From Eukaryota sp. GEM-RC1 (Eukaryota): a DNA stretch of 64,000 bases. This document shows, in pieces, positions 50,320 to 61,849 of the stretch. Position numbers and translations under genes: made by a program. The stretch is from assembly GCA_040285855.1 (NCBI GenBank), contig JAUFOQ010000003.1, positions 1,674,001 to 1,738,000 of the forward strand, written 5' to 3'. Below the pieces are notes generated by a model. That model did no database searches. It had not been told where the DNA came from and saw nothing but the letters and a program-made list of their open reading frames with translations. Numbering within the stretch: position 1 is the first letter of the stretch; each line of letters begins with the position of its first letter.

Positions 50320-51108
50320 ATGCGTTTTGGTCTAAACAAGAACAAACAACCGGAACCTTCTGCGCCATCACTGCATGATATTCGATTGGAAACATTATCA
50401 TTAGACAGTCCAAATGCTTTAGACGAATTATACACTGAATTTCCATCTATAGACCAACAATTAATCTCCGAGATGTATGAAAGCAATGGTCAGAATATCG
50501 AAATAACGCGGGCAGAAATCAAAGTAAATTTGGAATATCAACAACCACAAGAGCAACATTTAATAGCAGAACAGGATCCTGACACAACTCCTGGGCCTCC
50601 GAAGCATATTCCCTTCGAGCATGAAACAAATGCAGATGATCCTCCTCCTATTTCTGATAATCCAGCTTCTCTAGAACAGCAGGACTTTGCTCTAAACCTG
50701 GCAGAGGATGTCAATGATGACAGTGATTTAATTGAACGTTCCAGTTCCTGTAGTTATTTTTCTGGCCTTTCACCTGTCCAGTTTCTGTATCTACTACCAC
50801 GATTACGATCCTTATCCTCATCACTTCCACGTGATACTAGAGGATATATGACCTTTGTCTCTATGATTGATGAAGTGTCTGCTAGAATTTCATCTTTAGT
50901 AGTCGCTGAAGTTGTCGTCACTTCAATTGACTTGTCTGAGATTTCTAATCTTGTCACTATGTACAAGGATTATAAGGGTAAGTTGATAAGGATTTATGTT
51001 GAAGGTGTTGATACTTTAGACCAGGTTCGTGGAGCATTGTGTTGTGCAAAAGGTGATAGTAGATTAGTTTCATTCTGTGGAGATAGCGAACTCTTCATCG
51101 TAATATAA
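50320..51108 (+). CDS. CUE (ubiquitin-binding) domain protein
   Basis: LDELYTEFPSIDQQLISEMYESNGQNIEIT fits the CUE consensus. The C-terminal alpha/beta domain is unassigned. Confidence 0.6.
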   Translation: MRFGLNKNKQPEPSAPSLHDIRLETLSLDSPNALDELYTEFPSIDQQLISEMYESNGQNIEITRAEIKVNLEYQQPQEQHLIAEQDPDTTPGPPKHIPFEHETNADDPPPISDNPASLEQQDFALNLAEDVNDDSDLIERSSSCSYFSGLSPVQFLYLLPRLRSLSSSLPRDTRGYMTFVSMIDEVSARISSLVVAEVVVTSIDLSEISNLVTMYKDYKGKLIRIYVEGVDTLDQVRGALCCAKGDSRLVSFCGDSELFIVI

Positions 51109-51879
51109 TGTTAATTGAAAAGATGAATTGTACAACTCAACAGTTAAATACTAAAATTTTGGATATATACAGTCTCGATTAAAATGACATACCCAAAATG
51201 GCTTTGGACACTTTTTGTGTCGTACATTATTTGTAAATCGTCTTAGTATAACGCTTTTAAGTTCAAAGTTTACACTCGAAATCTTAGTCTCCAAAGACTA
51301 CCCTTCTTTGCAACAGGATCAATCTGAGTGTGGTGTAGCTCGTCTCATCAAGGTTTTGAATCTGACTGACTAGAGTGCACAACTTCACATGGTTTGGTAT
51401 TTCAGCAAATAGTTTGCAATTTTTTATAATGAACATTATTAAGCGTTTCTTAATTTTTGTCACTTAACTGATCGAAGTTAAGTGACAAAAAGTCTCACAT
51501 TTTAGTCATTTAGGATACACCGTTGACGTACTGTAATGGAACGTTTAGAAAATTCAGTAGCAAATTGTATGCTCTGCAAGGTGTTAAGGAATACATGACC
51601 TAATTGTACCAAGCAATGGTTTATTTGATCAGAAAGATCTGCTGTCGTGTGTTGCTCTCATGTATTTCTGTCATTTTCATCAATTAAAGGGATTTTAGGG
51701 CTGATAAAAAACACAAAAAATACAAAAAAACACAATGCCCTGGATGTAGTGCGTACCGACGTGAGCGCACTATAGCCAGGGTCGACTCGAACTTTTCCAG
51801 AAAAAAATACAATGCAAATTACAGAAAAAAGACTGTATTTTGTATTTTACAACTATGACTCAGGCTACAGTAATCAACT

Positions 51880-52750
51880 ATGCACTTTTGTCTTTGAGTT
51901 CTGTAGACGGTACCCAAGTCAAGAAAATCTTCTTGTTTCGACAAGTAGTTTTTTCTTGGTAAATTTGAGATCAGAATTGTCGCTAATTTCACCTGACCTC
52001 TGGCAAACTTGTTTTCCAGCAGATATTGGTATTTGTGAAAAACCAGAACGATGTGTCACCTCGTTAAAATTTGGTCTTAAGAAGCTCCAAAAACACCTTT
52101 TAAAACATTTTGAATGTTTGGATTTTAAAATTCGACTTGGCTCGGCCAAAGAAAAAAATCAAGCTTTCGCAAATTATTTAATCGATTTGAAGGGCAGTTC
52201 TTCAGTTGCTTTGATTAACCAAATTTCACAGATTTATGGTTTGTTGTTGAATGATCATCAATGGACTACAACATTCAGACTTCGATGTTTCTTATGGCCC
52301 TCTAATTTACCCAATGATCTTCAATGTAAATGTGGTAAATTAGTTACTTTTTCTCACCTTTTGATTTGTAATCGGTTCATTACTTATAGAACTTGTATTC
52401 ATGATGCTGTCAGAGATCAAATTCATGCCATGTGTAAGTCCTACAAAATCGAATCTTTCGTTGAGCCACTGTTGAGATCACTTGAAATCAATAATTCAAA
52501 AAATAGTGATTCTGATAAGACTTTTGGTAAAAGAAGAGCTAATGTCATAGTTCCATCAGTCAACGATGAACTAACCGTTGTTGATGTGATTACTGTGGAT
52601 GTTTGCAAAAAAAGTGCATTCAAGGATGCTAAAAATGAAGTTTCTCCACTGAATTCTTCAGAACAATACAAGAGAAACAAATATGATGAACCACTGACTG
52701 CTCTCAAACACAGTAGACATGTTGAGTACAAATTATGTCCCTTTGCAGTG
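51880..52750 (+). mobile_element. RLE non-LTR retrotransposon fragment, family C, with open reading frame
   Basis: FRLRC, CKC..HLLIC, IHDAVRD, RRANVIVP..DVITVD and SEQYKRNKY. Confidence 0.85.
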
Positions 52751-52899
52751 ACTGAATTATATTTAAATCAGATACTTTCAACTAGAAATATATAACCGTC
52801 AAAGAATTTTGTTTGTCCACGTATATTCGAGACAATGTTGGAACAACTTCTAGTAGAGGGCTAAATCCAATCGTAATTGTTGTTCAGATCTCAAACAAA

Positions 52900-53140
52900 A
52901 ATTTGACCGACTCTACACTGAAACGCGGTGATTGTTATAGCCCTCGTCTGTCATACCAGGAAATTGTAGTTCATTTTTCGATTGTTGACCCTTGCAAATC
53001 TTCAGATATTACTAGTATTTTGAATACTTCAATTGGTCCAAAGAAAGAAAGTGCGTACATCAACTTGCTGCTTTCAATTCACGATAACACAATAGTAATG
53101 TCTTTCAGCCTCATGCGGTTCCCTCATATGAATATATGGG
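52900..53140 (+). mobile_element. Degenerate family B RLE fragment
   Basis: DSTLKRGDC..QEIVVHFSIVDPCK. Confidence 0.6.
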
Positions 53141-53459
53141 TTCTTCTAGATTGTTTGGTTTAATAGTCCTTATTAATATCTAGTGTCTTGTTGCGTGTTT
53201 ATCTCAGTACATAAATCTGCTTTAGTAACTCCAAAAGAGAATTAAACTCAGATAACGACATTCATTTCGGAGGCAATGAATCATTTATATGGTTCATCAT
53301 GACACAAATCACATTAGTAAACAATATTTAGCAGCGTTTACACACATAACTGATTTAAGAGCCGAAAAACCAAGGTTTAATTGCTTTCATAAAAAAACTC
53401 CAACCAGATACAACAAACAAAAAAGTTAAATAAATTAAATAATCTAAAACATTTAAAAA

Positions 53460-54496
53460 CCTTATCCCAATATAGGAGCCAACACTTCATTTTTAACCAA
53501 CATCTTAATCGAGTCCAATCCTAACTCAGATCTCGTTTTTTGATTAATAGAGCTCAACCCCTCAGTCATCCACTCAACTTCCTTAAACTCAGCCCCAATC
53601 AGCACCAGACCATGAGGAGATGATGGGGAGAAGAAAAGAGGGTTTACTTGGATACTTAGTTACATCCAACAAATCTCTGGCAAAGAAGGAGGTTCAGCTC
53701 CAGATCCTACTAACTCAAGCATTGACATAATGTATCTGATTTGATTGTGTAGAAAACCATTACCAACAATAACAACTGCATGTACTTGAAGAGGAGAAAT
53801 TAGAAGACTGTCGATTTTTTTTAAATGTGATTGATCTAATCTCACGTGTGTAATGATCTAGTGATGGGTCTTTCTTACAGTAATTGCTGAAATCGTGATT
53901 ACCAATTAGAGAATGTGCTGCTTCTTGAACTTTCTCCATATTTAAATCAGTGGTATCTAAAAAGTACTTGTAGGTTCTTTCTGTACATTCATAACGAGGA
54001 GAGAAGTCGTTAGGAACGTACGCATAGGCCAGAACTCGTATATCAGGGGGGCAATCGTGCGTTTAACATGGGAATATACGCAAACTCAGTAGAACTTCGT
54101 CGCTTTTTACCAACAGTGGCTGAATCACCTTCAAAGTTCAATCTAGATCGAATGTTGACAGCAAATACTTGAGCACTAGCGGATACAGAACTGTCTGTCC
54201 GCCCGCAACAAGTGAATTTGACAGAGTTAGACAAAGCTGATGAAATTAGGCCACAGTTTTGTAGAGTTTCTAAAAAGATTTGTTGGATAGTTCGGCTAAT
54301 GGTTGTTTGGATCTGAACTCCGTGGTAACTATATCCTAAGTAGGATATTTTGAAAGCAATTCGTTTAATGGGGAAGGCTTCGTACTTTGGAAGTAGAAAC
54401 GGGAGGGTATGAAGTAGTTAGAGGTCCATAGATGTCTTGATATGTTTCAACTAGTTCAACAAGTCTTTCTTTGGAATAATTGGTGAATTTAGACAT
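53460..54496 (-). CDS. TruA-family tRNA pseudouridine synthase (Pus3/Deg1-like); ~5 frameshifts, 3' end approximate
   Basis: RIAFKISYLGYSYHG, CGRTDSSVSA, LNARLPPDIRV, RTYKYF, GNHDFSNYCK and GFLHNQIR. Confidence 0.85.
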
Positions 54497-54669
54497 TTGT
54501 TGTTGGCTTAATCTGTCAAAGGATGAAGTGGAAAGAATTCCGAAGTTGGTCTGGTGAACAAAATCCAAACTAGGAAATTCCTACAACAAAAGCTTACATT
54601 GTGGAACAAACAATCCGTTATGCACTTTATGTTGATTAATGAAACAAGGATAATACACTATAGAAACAA

Positions 54670-54810
54670 TGGTTAATGTGGACAAACGTAATCTTTTATC
54701 TGGTAGGGATGAAGTCATTTGGTTTTAGTCTCAGTAATATTTGTATGTTTTCACAAGTTCATATTCTTGTAGTAAGGTTGCCTTCTTGGAAATTAATTGT
54801 TGACAAGGAG
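54670..54810 (+). mobile_element. Degenerate family A 3' tail
   Basis: Similar to 4970-5095. Confidence 0.6.
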
Positions 54811-55136
54811 GAAGTATTCCTCTCAGATAACTTTCTTGCTTTTGGAAGTCTCCATCACGGTGTATATCCAAAGGTCTTAGTCTTCTGACCGTTTGAGTTA
54901 TAGTGATATATGAAATAATACGCATTTTTATTCACAAATGTTACAATCAGTGATTTCAAATAAAACAAAGAATGAAATCAACACCTGCAATAACAAATAA
55001 TCTCGTCTTTTTTTAAAGACGATACTTGAATGAATTTGAGTCAATCAACCAAATCAATTAATAAAATAATAATAATACATTACAAAATACAGAATTACAT
55101 CAAAAGAACGCCAACACGTCACCAAAAAAACGCACG

Positions 55137-55766
55137 TCAACTCACATCATTAAGACAATGCCTCACCTCCCATCTTAGCTTATCTCTTCTCTTCTCAGTA
55201 GGTACTTGATAAGAAGAAGGCCTCGTAGGTTGAGACTGGATTCTGTAGGTGGGGGCAGAGGTTCGTAGTACCGGAGGGTGAGCGTTCTTAGGACGGCCAG
55301 ACTTCCGTTTAAGGAAAGGATCTTGAGCCCAGCTTTGATTGAGTTCGTGAAAGCGAGAAACTGGATCGTTTTTGTGAGGTTTTTGGGGATTTTGAGGGTA
55401 GATGACCGACTTTGTAGCAGACTTTGGACGAGAAGAAACACGAGAGGATGGTAGGGGGGAAGATCTCGAGGTACGAGGACGGGAGGAGGGTTGACGGGAA
55501 GATTTGGGAGGAGAGACTCTTTGAGGAGGAGATGCTAGTCCTTTCAGTCTGCTGAAAGGAGACCTAGCTGAAGAAGGAGAGGAAACAGAAGATGACACAG
55601 AGTGAACATGAACTTCTGGAACATATGGAGGAGATATGTATGATGTGTCAGGTGAAGATAGGGATGAAGTTGAGCGAGAAGAAAAAGAGGGGGACAATAC
55701 TTCTTGATCCTGCCGCAGCTCTAGACATTCTAAGAGGCTCTGAAGGAGGTCATCAGAACGAGGCAT
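55137..55766 (-). CDS. HYLS1: Centriolar/basal-body protein HYLS1-like
   Basis: KNDPVSRFHELNQSW and YQVPTEKRRDKLRWEVR match the HYLS1 C-terminal box. Confidence 0.85.
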   Translation of the reverse strand: MPRSDDLLQSLLECLELRQDQEVLSPSFSSRSTSSLSSPDTSYISPPYVPEVHVHSVSSSVSSPSSARSPFSRLKGLASPPQRVSPPKSSRQPSSRPRTSRSSPLPSSRVSSRPKSATKSVIYPQNPQKPHKNDPVSRFHELNQSWAQDPFLKRKSGRPKNAHPPVLRTSAPTYRIQSQPTRPSSYQVPTEKRRDKLRWEVRHCLNDVS

Positions 55767-55812
55767 TCACCAAAGATATCTCCACAAAATTTGGTCTTTG
55801 AATAACTCTCTT

Positions 55813-56340
55813 ATGTACACTGAAGAGTTTCTACGCTCATCTCAATTGTTTCGGACTTCATCCACTGAGACCCTTCAAAAGGTTCTTGCCAACTGCACTC
55901 GCTTTCATGAATTTCAAGCTGATCAGATCGTTCTAAAACAAGGCGATAAAGCTGGTTTCCTCTACCTCATCCTCTCTGGCGAGGTTTCCGTCTATCGCTT
56001 AATGAGTTTTCCTCCTTCTTCTCACCAACGTCTTATCAGAATCGGGATCCTCCAAACGGGTGCTCATTTTGGTGAAAGTGCAATAAAAGACAGATTTATC
56101 AGAGTCTCCGCTTCTGTCATTGCTTCCAGCCACACAACTCTCTTAGCTATAACCCCTTCTGAGTTCCTAGAGTTCTTCGATGCCCCCGCCAAAGCAGTTG
56201 TGCTGAATCCAAATAGGTTCATTTCAGATGATGAGATAAGATCAGTCATGAAGAAGAAGTTGGATTGGACTACGCATAGAAGTAGGTTGATTAAGAAAGA
56301 GTTTTCGAAACCCAATCACTTCTATAGAGCTCTGCTTTAG
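55813..56340 (+). CDS. Stand-alone cyclic-nucleotide-binding domain protein
   Basis: IVLKQGDKAGFLYLILSGEVSV...GAHFGESAI...VSASVIA. Confidence 0.8.
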   Translation: MYTEEFLRSSQLFRTSSTETLQKVLANCTRFHEFQADQIVLKQGDKAGFLYLILSGEVSVYRLMSFPPSSHQRLIRIGILQTGAHFGESAIKDRFIRVSASVIASSHTTLLAITPSEFLEFFDAPAKAVVLNPNRFISDDEIRSVMKKKLDWTTHRSRLIKKEFSKPNHFYRALL

Positions 56341-56969
56341 CCAATCTTTTCTGATTGATTCAATACTCGTAATGGGAAAGCCATTGGTATTTCTTCTTTC
56401 TTTTGATTGATTGATTTTTTGGAGATCACATAATTGTCTTTCATCGTTATATTGGATGATGTTGTACAGTTTTATTGACTTATAATTTGATTTTTCAAAA
56501 GCAAGAACTGTTGGTGACTGTTGAAGAAAACAGAACCCAAAATTATTACGTTTTCAATTACATTTGCCAGTGTCTCTCTAATTATTGAAATTTATTGATG
56601 ACGAGTATATACTCAAGGATTTTCTTTTGTGACATCTTTTTTGCTCTCAAGAAGAAGTGTCTTGTCCACACGTGTAACATTGGCAAGTTCTCTTGTTCTG
56701 TGACATTAAATCGTCTTCGCAATCACGACTATATTCTCTTTCCCTTTCAGTTGCTAATTTTAAATGTTTGTTTTTATTGTTGTCATATATGACTGTACAA
56801 ATAAGCAGTTGCTAATTTTGAAACACAAGTTGATGTGGATTATGATACTAAGTCTTAGTCTATTACTAGATATGTTTTAAATCAACTAAACAAGTGAGAA
56901 ACGAAAACCTTAATTCAGGCAAAAAATCATACATGTATTTCGAACTTCTTCAAATTACGTTTTTAAAGA

Positions 56970-57320
56970 ATGGTTATTCTGAAATTTCCCCTTTAGATAA
57001 TTCTGAACAAGCCAAACAGGATAAGTACAAGAAACCATTGCTGGCTTTAAAACATGTCAAACATGTTGAATACGAATAATGCTCTTTTGCTGTTTCCAAT
57101 TTACGGACGTTTAGGGAACAGTGCATTGAATTTTTCAAACGATTTCGGAAAAATCGTAAAAAATAGGATGAGCAAACATTTTGATCATATGTTATGGTTG
57201 AATCGGAACGTTTTTACTGTTTTTAAAACAATTTAATCATCTCCATGGCTTTATTAGCAGTGAGTTCCTTTTTTAGGACAAAGCTGTTTGTTTTAATGAT
57301 ATCAAATTTTAGTTGTTTGA
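56970..57320 (+). mobile_element. RLE non-LTR 3' fragment (family C-related)
   Basis: EISPLDNSEQAKQDKYKKPL and FDHMLWLNRNVF. Confidence 0.7.
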
Positions 57321-57493
57321 TCTATTACATTTAGAATAAATCAAATTCAGCAAAAAAAATAAGTTAGAAAATAATTAATTATAATTATCTTAAATTGACT
57401 GAACAAGTAGGAGACCTTCAAATGTTAAACTTTCTAGTAGAAAGTTTCTACATCTACCTCTTGAGACAATGGTCCAAAGTAGTTTAGTAAATG

Positions 57494-57753
57494 TATGGTT
57501 GTTAAAAGGTCACAGGTTAGAGGTCAATTCATTTGATGATTTTGACCTGACCTTTGACCTGAAATCTACAATTTAATTAATTCTTAAACTATCAAAAATC
57601 CGTATAAACACAGTCACATCTAATCATTTCTTGAATATTAATGTATACTAACAGTAAATTGCGTTTGATAATCTAATTTTGATCACTTAAAACAAGAAAC
57701 TCACACATCAGCTGCCAAATGTTTGACCGTGACCTGACCTTTTAACAACCCTA
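57494..57753. mobile_element. Shorter copy of the 36043 MITE family
   Basis: TIR TA(T/G)GGTTGTTAAAAGGTCA. The interior matches 36190-36390. No TSD seen. Confidence 0.8.
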
Positions 57754-57845
57754 TATTTTACAGAACATTAACAAACAAACAAATTCCTGATCATCCCAAG
57801 GAACGTGGAGCTAACGATTTTAATGAAAGGTTGGTTTTGCAAACG

Positions 57846-57895
57846 CAAGTGTTGTAGCGCATTTCGTTGATCAACGAAATGCGCTACAACACTTG
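57846..57895. repeat. Perfect 50-bp palindrome
   Basis: CAAGTGTTGTAGCGCATTTCGTTGA is immediately followed by its exact reverse complement. Confidence 0.95.
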
Positions 57896-59331
57896 GACTT
57901 AGATTGCTTCTTTGTGTCTGATTAAATCAATAATAAATCTTTCATATTTGGCTGTGATCAAATCGTTTTCAGTATCATTTGAAACAGAATTGACAGACAC
58001 ACTTGTCTACAAGGATCAGCAGAAGTACAGCGTGTATTAGTAAACTTATCACTGGTTGGCACGAATCAAGAAAGTGCACATGAAGACTGCACATTTTCAA
58101 GTTGACAATTGTAAAAGCACTATTTGCACACATGGTGATGATTCTTCTCTACTAGTAATTGCTCCAGTTGAGTTTCTGAAAGATTGTTTTTCTGAATTTA
58201 TTGAACTCTTAGAAAGTAATGGCATTGCTGCGAAGTAACGTATGTTGGATAATAACTGATTTCCTCTCAGTTAGTATCCAGCCTAAAAAGATCCACTCAA
58301 AAATTACTTTGGATACTAGTAAGTGTTATCTTATTGTTAAGTCATCTTATGCGAAAAATTTGTGTTTTTTGGAATATTCCTATCATAGATTATTCCACTC
58401 AATGTTTCTCTCTCTCTTGGTACGTTATCTAAGAACTACAAGCCTCTGGTAATTAATGTCCCCAGTGCCCAATTTCCAATTTGGATACTTTCCCTCATTT
58501 TCACCATGCCTTCCAAGATATAATAAAGCCTTAGATACAGAAGCCACCATACCTTCAAAAAACGATAAACACAATTCGATTTTCCTAAAATTGGAGAAAA
58601 CAAAATTGAAATTGTTGTTGCTCTTACATTCTTCACAAAGCTCTCAAGTACGAATGTTACTGAATCCAGTACATAACCTGTTGTATCTATATTATTAACC
58701 TTCGATTTTTTCTGTACGACTTATCCATTTGTATTAGACTATCCTGGATATTGCATTGACTCAAATTAGTTCATGCAGTGTGGACGGAGTTACTGCACCG
58801 TTTGAGGTTATTCCTGAACCCGTGAAGATAAATTGACGATATAATCAGTAAGGATGATCAAATGTTTTTAGACGCATTTCATGATATTTAAAAGTAACAC
58901 AGTTTTTTTGTCACTTAATTAATCCTTAACCACGTATTGTCAGGTTGAGAATATACGATTAGATCTCCTGTGGTGATCTACAACAGATTAGATCAGAACA
59001 CAAACAAATCAGAAGCAAACGCAAATACAGTACGTATATAGTGTTTTAATGCTAAGTTTGTTTATAAGCTACAATGCTAGTGTATCTACTCAAAGCAGTT
59101 CATTGAAATCATTGAAAAGTGTTCTTCAGCACCAAAACGTCAATGTAGAGTGGAAAAACAATTAGGAACATTCCCAAGCCAACATCGTAGAATACGAAAA
59201 GCTTCTTCAAACGTTGTCTGAGTTAGTGTGTATTAATTGATTGTTGAAAAGAACACATTATATAATTTTAACAGATAAAACCAGAGATACACGCTTTTAT
59301 AAAAGACAATAAAACCCCAAACAATGACAAC

Positions 59332-60015
59332 TTAGTCTTCTTTGCTGAGGCGTTCCTCATAACTCTTCATATCTAAAGCGAACAAGCCTAAATATAAACA
59401 AAAACTGATGTACAGAAAATACTCATTCAAAGCGACTTCTATAAAGACATAATCACCAATGGCAAAATCACACTGTTCAAAGGCAACGGGATAGAGATAA
59501 GTAGCTTTGAGAACAGCGTACACCGCATAAATAAGAGAAAACATTGTGCTTGTGGCAATGGCATAGCGGATTAAGAGAAGTTTGGAGCAAACTGTATGAA
59601 GCGAAAGAAAGGACCAACTGAGGAACAATGCACCGGAACTCACAGTGAGAATTCCATGAAGAATGACATTTTCACATTTGTTAAAGAAAAAACGGACCAA
59701 AAAGCAGGTGGTCGATCCTGAGAATAGAACAAAACAGACTGTTTTAAACAATGAGTTGTTCCTATGGGTGTGAAATTGTAGTGTGTTCGAAAAATACATG
59801 AGAAACCCAGATAGAATGTCAAGACCATACGCGATGAGAAGTAAAACAAACATAGTTCCACGTTCTGTAGTATTCTTTGTCAAGTTAATCTCAGATATAA
59901 GTGGAAGCCAAGTTCGTGCTCGTCCTGATAAAACATGGACCAAATACGGAATAAAGATCGCTAAGAAGCTCACAAAGGCCGCAAAGGCAGGAATCAGATA
60001 CGAGGGGAGCAACAT
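59332..60015 (-). CDS. Frag1/DRAM/Sfk1-like multi-pass membrane protein
   Basis: WLPLISE after TM1, a conserved His (ILHGILT) and a late EY motif. About 6 TM. Confidence 0.55.
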   Translation of the reverse strand: MLLPSYLIPAFAAFVSFLAIFIPYLVHVLSGRARTWLPLISEINLTKNTTERGTMFVLLLIAYGLDILSGFLMYFSNTLQFHTHRNNSLFKTVCFVLFSGSTTCFLVRFFFNKCENVILHGILTVSSGALFLSWSFLSLHTVCSKLLLIRYAIATSTMFSLIYAVYAVLKATYLYPVAFEQCDFAIGDYVFIEVALNEYFLYISFCLYLGLFALDMKSYEERLSKED

Positions 60016-60142
60016 TGGGGTTGACGACAAGGATATCAAATCTATCAGCGTCGCATGTCTACAGCATTGCTCGTTGTTGAATTAATTCAAATTTAATTTA
60101 CACTCAGCCTACACTTCCTCTTTCTTGATCAAGAGAGACTTA

Positions 60143-60970
60143 ATGAAGACTCCTTTTCGCAAAACTCTGAACCGTGCAGTCTTCCTTCTGCGGAAACTTT
60201 TTGAACCTGTTCTTCTCCTTGCTGTGATTCTCTTCCTTTCAACACTACTATATACTAACGCTTACCTTCTTCGAATTCATTATATCCGTAAAATGGTTGT
60301 TTATACGATACTCGGCGTTTGTACTTGTATCTTTGGTGTTTCTGCCTTGTTGAATCTATTCCTGACATTCTTTCGAGGACCTGGAGATATCAACAAACTA
60401 CTAAAGAAACACCAAAAGGATTTTGACTGTTTAAACGACAATTATGCCCCCGAACTTTTCTTTGAATGTGAGAAATGCGAGTGTTTACGGCTTTTCAGAT
60501 GTCACCACTGCTCATTATGTGGTAAATGTCAACCTTCGTTTGACCACCATTGTCCTGTCATAGCTTGTTGTGTGGGATTCAACAATAGGCGTAATTTCTT
60601 TCTTTTCCTACTCCACTGTTTCATTGGAGGTTTTTGTAGTTTTGCCAACCATTGGCCTGCGTTCTTTTCCCTTCTACAGAATAAGTACGTCCTTAGGTCA
60701 CTGTTTCCACGTATTCTCTTCATGGCAGGCCCTTTAAGTGCCGCTGGAAGTTTGGCAATGATTGTTTTGTTTGTTAGTCATTTACGTTTTGCATTGAGAA
60801 ATTCCACCACTTATGATAATATGGTGTTAAAGCATATGAGAAAAGAACATCCTACAGTTAAGGATCCCTTTTGCAATGGAACAAGGAAGGAGAATTGGAA
60901 TAAGTTCCATGCCAGAGATCAAGTGAAGATCGCCATTCCTGTGATCTGGTGGATGTTCTTCCCCCTTTAG
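60143..60970 (+). CDS. DHHC palmitoyltransferase
   Basis: CEKC..RCHHCSLCGKC..FDHHCP..CVGFNN and NSTTYD (TTxE-like). Confidence 0.93.
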   Translation: MKTPFRKTLNRAVFLLRKLFEPVLLLAVILFLSTLLYTNAYLLRIHYIRKMVVYTILGVCTCIFGVSALLNLFLTFFRGPGDINKLLKKHQKDFDCLNDNYAPELFFECEKCECLRLFRCHHCSLCGKCQPSFDHHCPVIACCVGFNNRRNFFLFLLHCFIGGFCSFANHWPAFFSLLQNKYVLRSLFPRILFMAGPLSAAGSLAMIVLFVSHLRFALRNSTTYDNMVLKHMRKEHPTVKDPFCNGTRKENWNKFHARDQVKIAIPVIWWMFFPL

Positions 60971-61110
60971 ACAACGACAAGATTATGGCAAGGAAATATC
61001 ACAAGTGTATTATTATGTCAAAAGAGTGATATTGAACAGAGACAACAGCAAAATACATGTACAAACGAAAAGTTAAATTAAAGCTGAAATTTGAGACCAA
61101 TAATTTTAAT

Positions 61111-61820
61111 TCACTTCTTGAATCTCCTCTTCATTATTTTCAGTATTCATTCTTTCCAATATTTGTTTGCGACGCTCTCTTCTGAGTTTCTTTTGCTCAT
61201 CTTGAAATAAAACTGTGTCCCGTTCCACTCTCTCATTGGAGTACAGAATAGTCATCGTTAATTTTCTTAATTATCCAATCAAATGCGTCTGTAAGAAGTG
61301 GGTGAGGCTTACCATCAGTCGGCAGTGATATACATCCATGAATAGAGAAATCAGTTTCAAACACTTGGAGATCAAGTGATCTTGTGATTTTAGCGATGGG
61401 CAGAGCTTCATCTTTATCTGCTTTATTACATAGTATCAGTAGTGGTTTGTTCTTCAAATATTGATTGTCAATAGTATCTAGTAAGCATTTTTGAGCTTCC
61501 TCGAGTCGCTTTGAATCAGCTGAGTCAATAAAGAAGACGACTCCATGCACTTGAGCAAAGTAGTATTGCCAAATATCACGGATTCTAGCACCCCCACCAA
61601 GATCGTAGAGAGATACAGAGTTAGAACCGTAGTTGATAGTAGATGTGTCAAAGCCGACTGTAGGAACTACGATAGCGGTATGATCATCACGTAGAGTGTT
61701 GAAGGCTGTTGTCTTTCCAGCATTATCTATACCAATAAAACAGACTGTTATTTTGCTTCCAGAAAGTGTTTCTGAGTCAGATTTGTGTGTGCAACATGAA
61801 AAACAAGATGAAAAACACAT
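61111..61820 (-). CDS. ARL13B: Ciliary small GTPase ARL13-like; one extra base at ~61238
   Basis: N-terminal Cys cluster, GIDNAGKT, the diagnostic YDLGGG and NKAD. The +1 frame continues with the coiled coil NERVERDT..RRERRKQ. Confidence 0.88.
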
Positions 61821-61849
61821 GGCAACGAAAACTCTATGTCACCATTCTC

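Noticed and set aside
58056..58450. Possible degenerate RT core (HGDD..., ITLDTSKC)
   Set aside because: Too decayed to support without a profile search.
22918..61820. Programmed +1 frameshifting (Euplotes-like), since some shifts sit right before a TGA (Pus3-like, ARL13, BspA-like)
   Set aside because: Most shifts lie in homopolymers, both +1 and -1 occur, and several precede conserved residues well upstream of the stop. Long-read indel errors explain this better; short-read polishing would decide.
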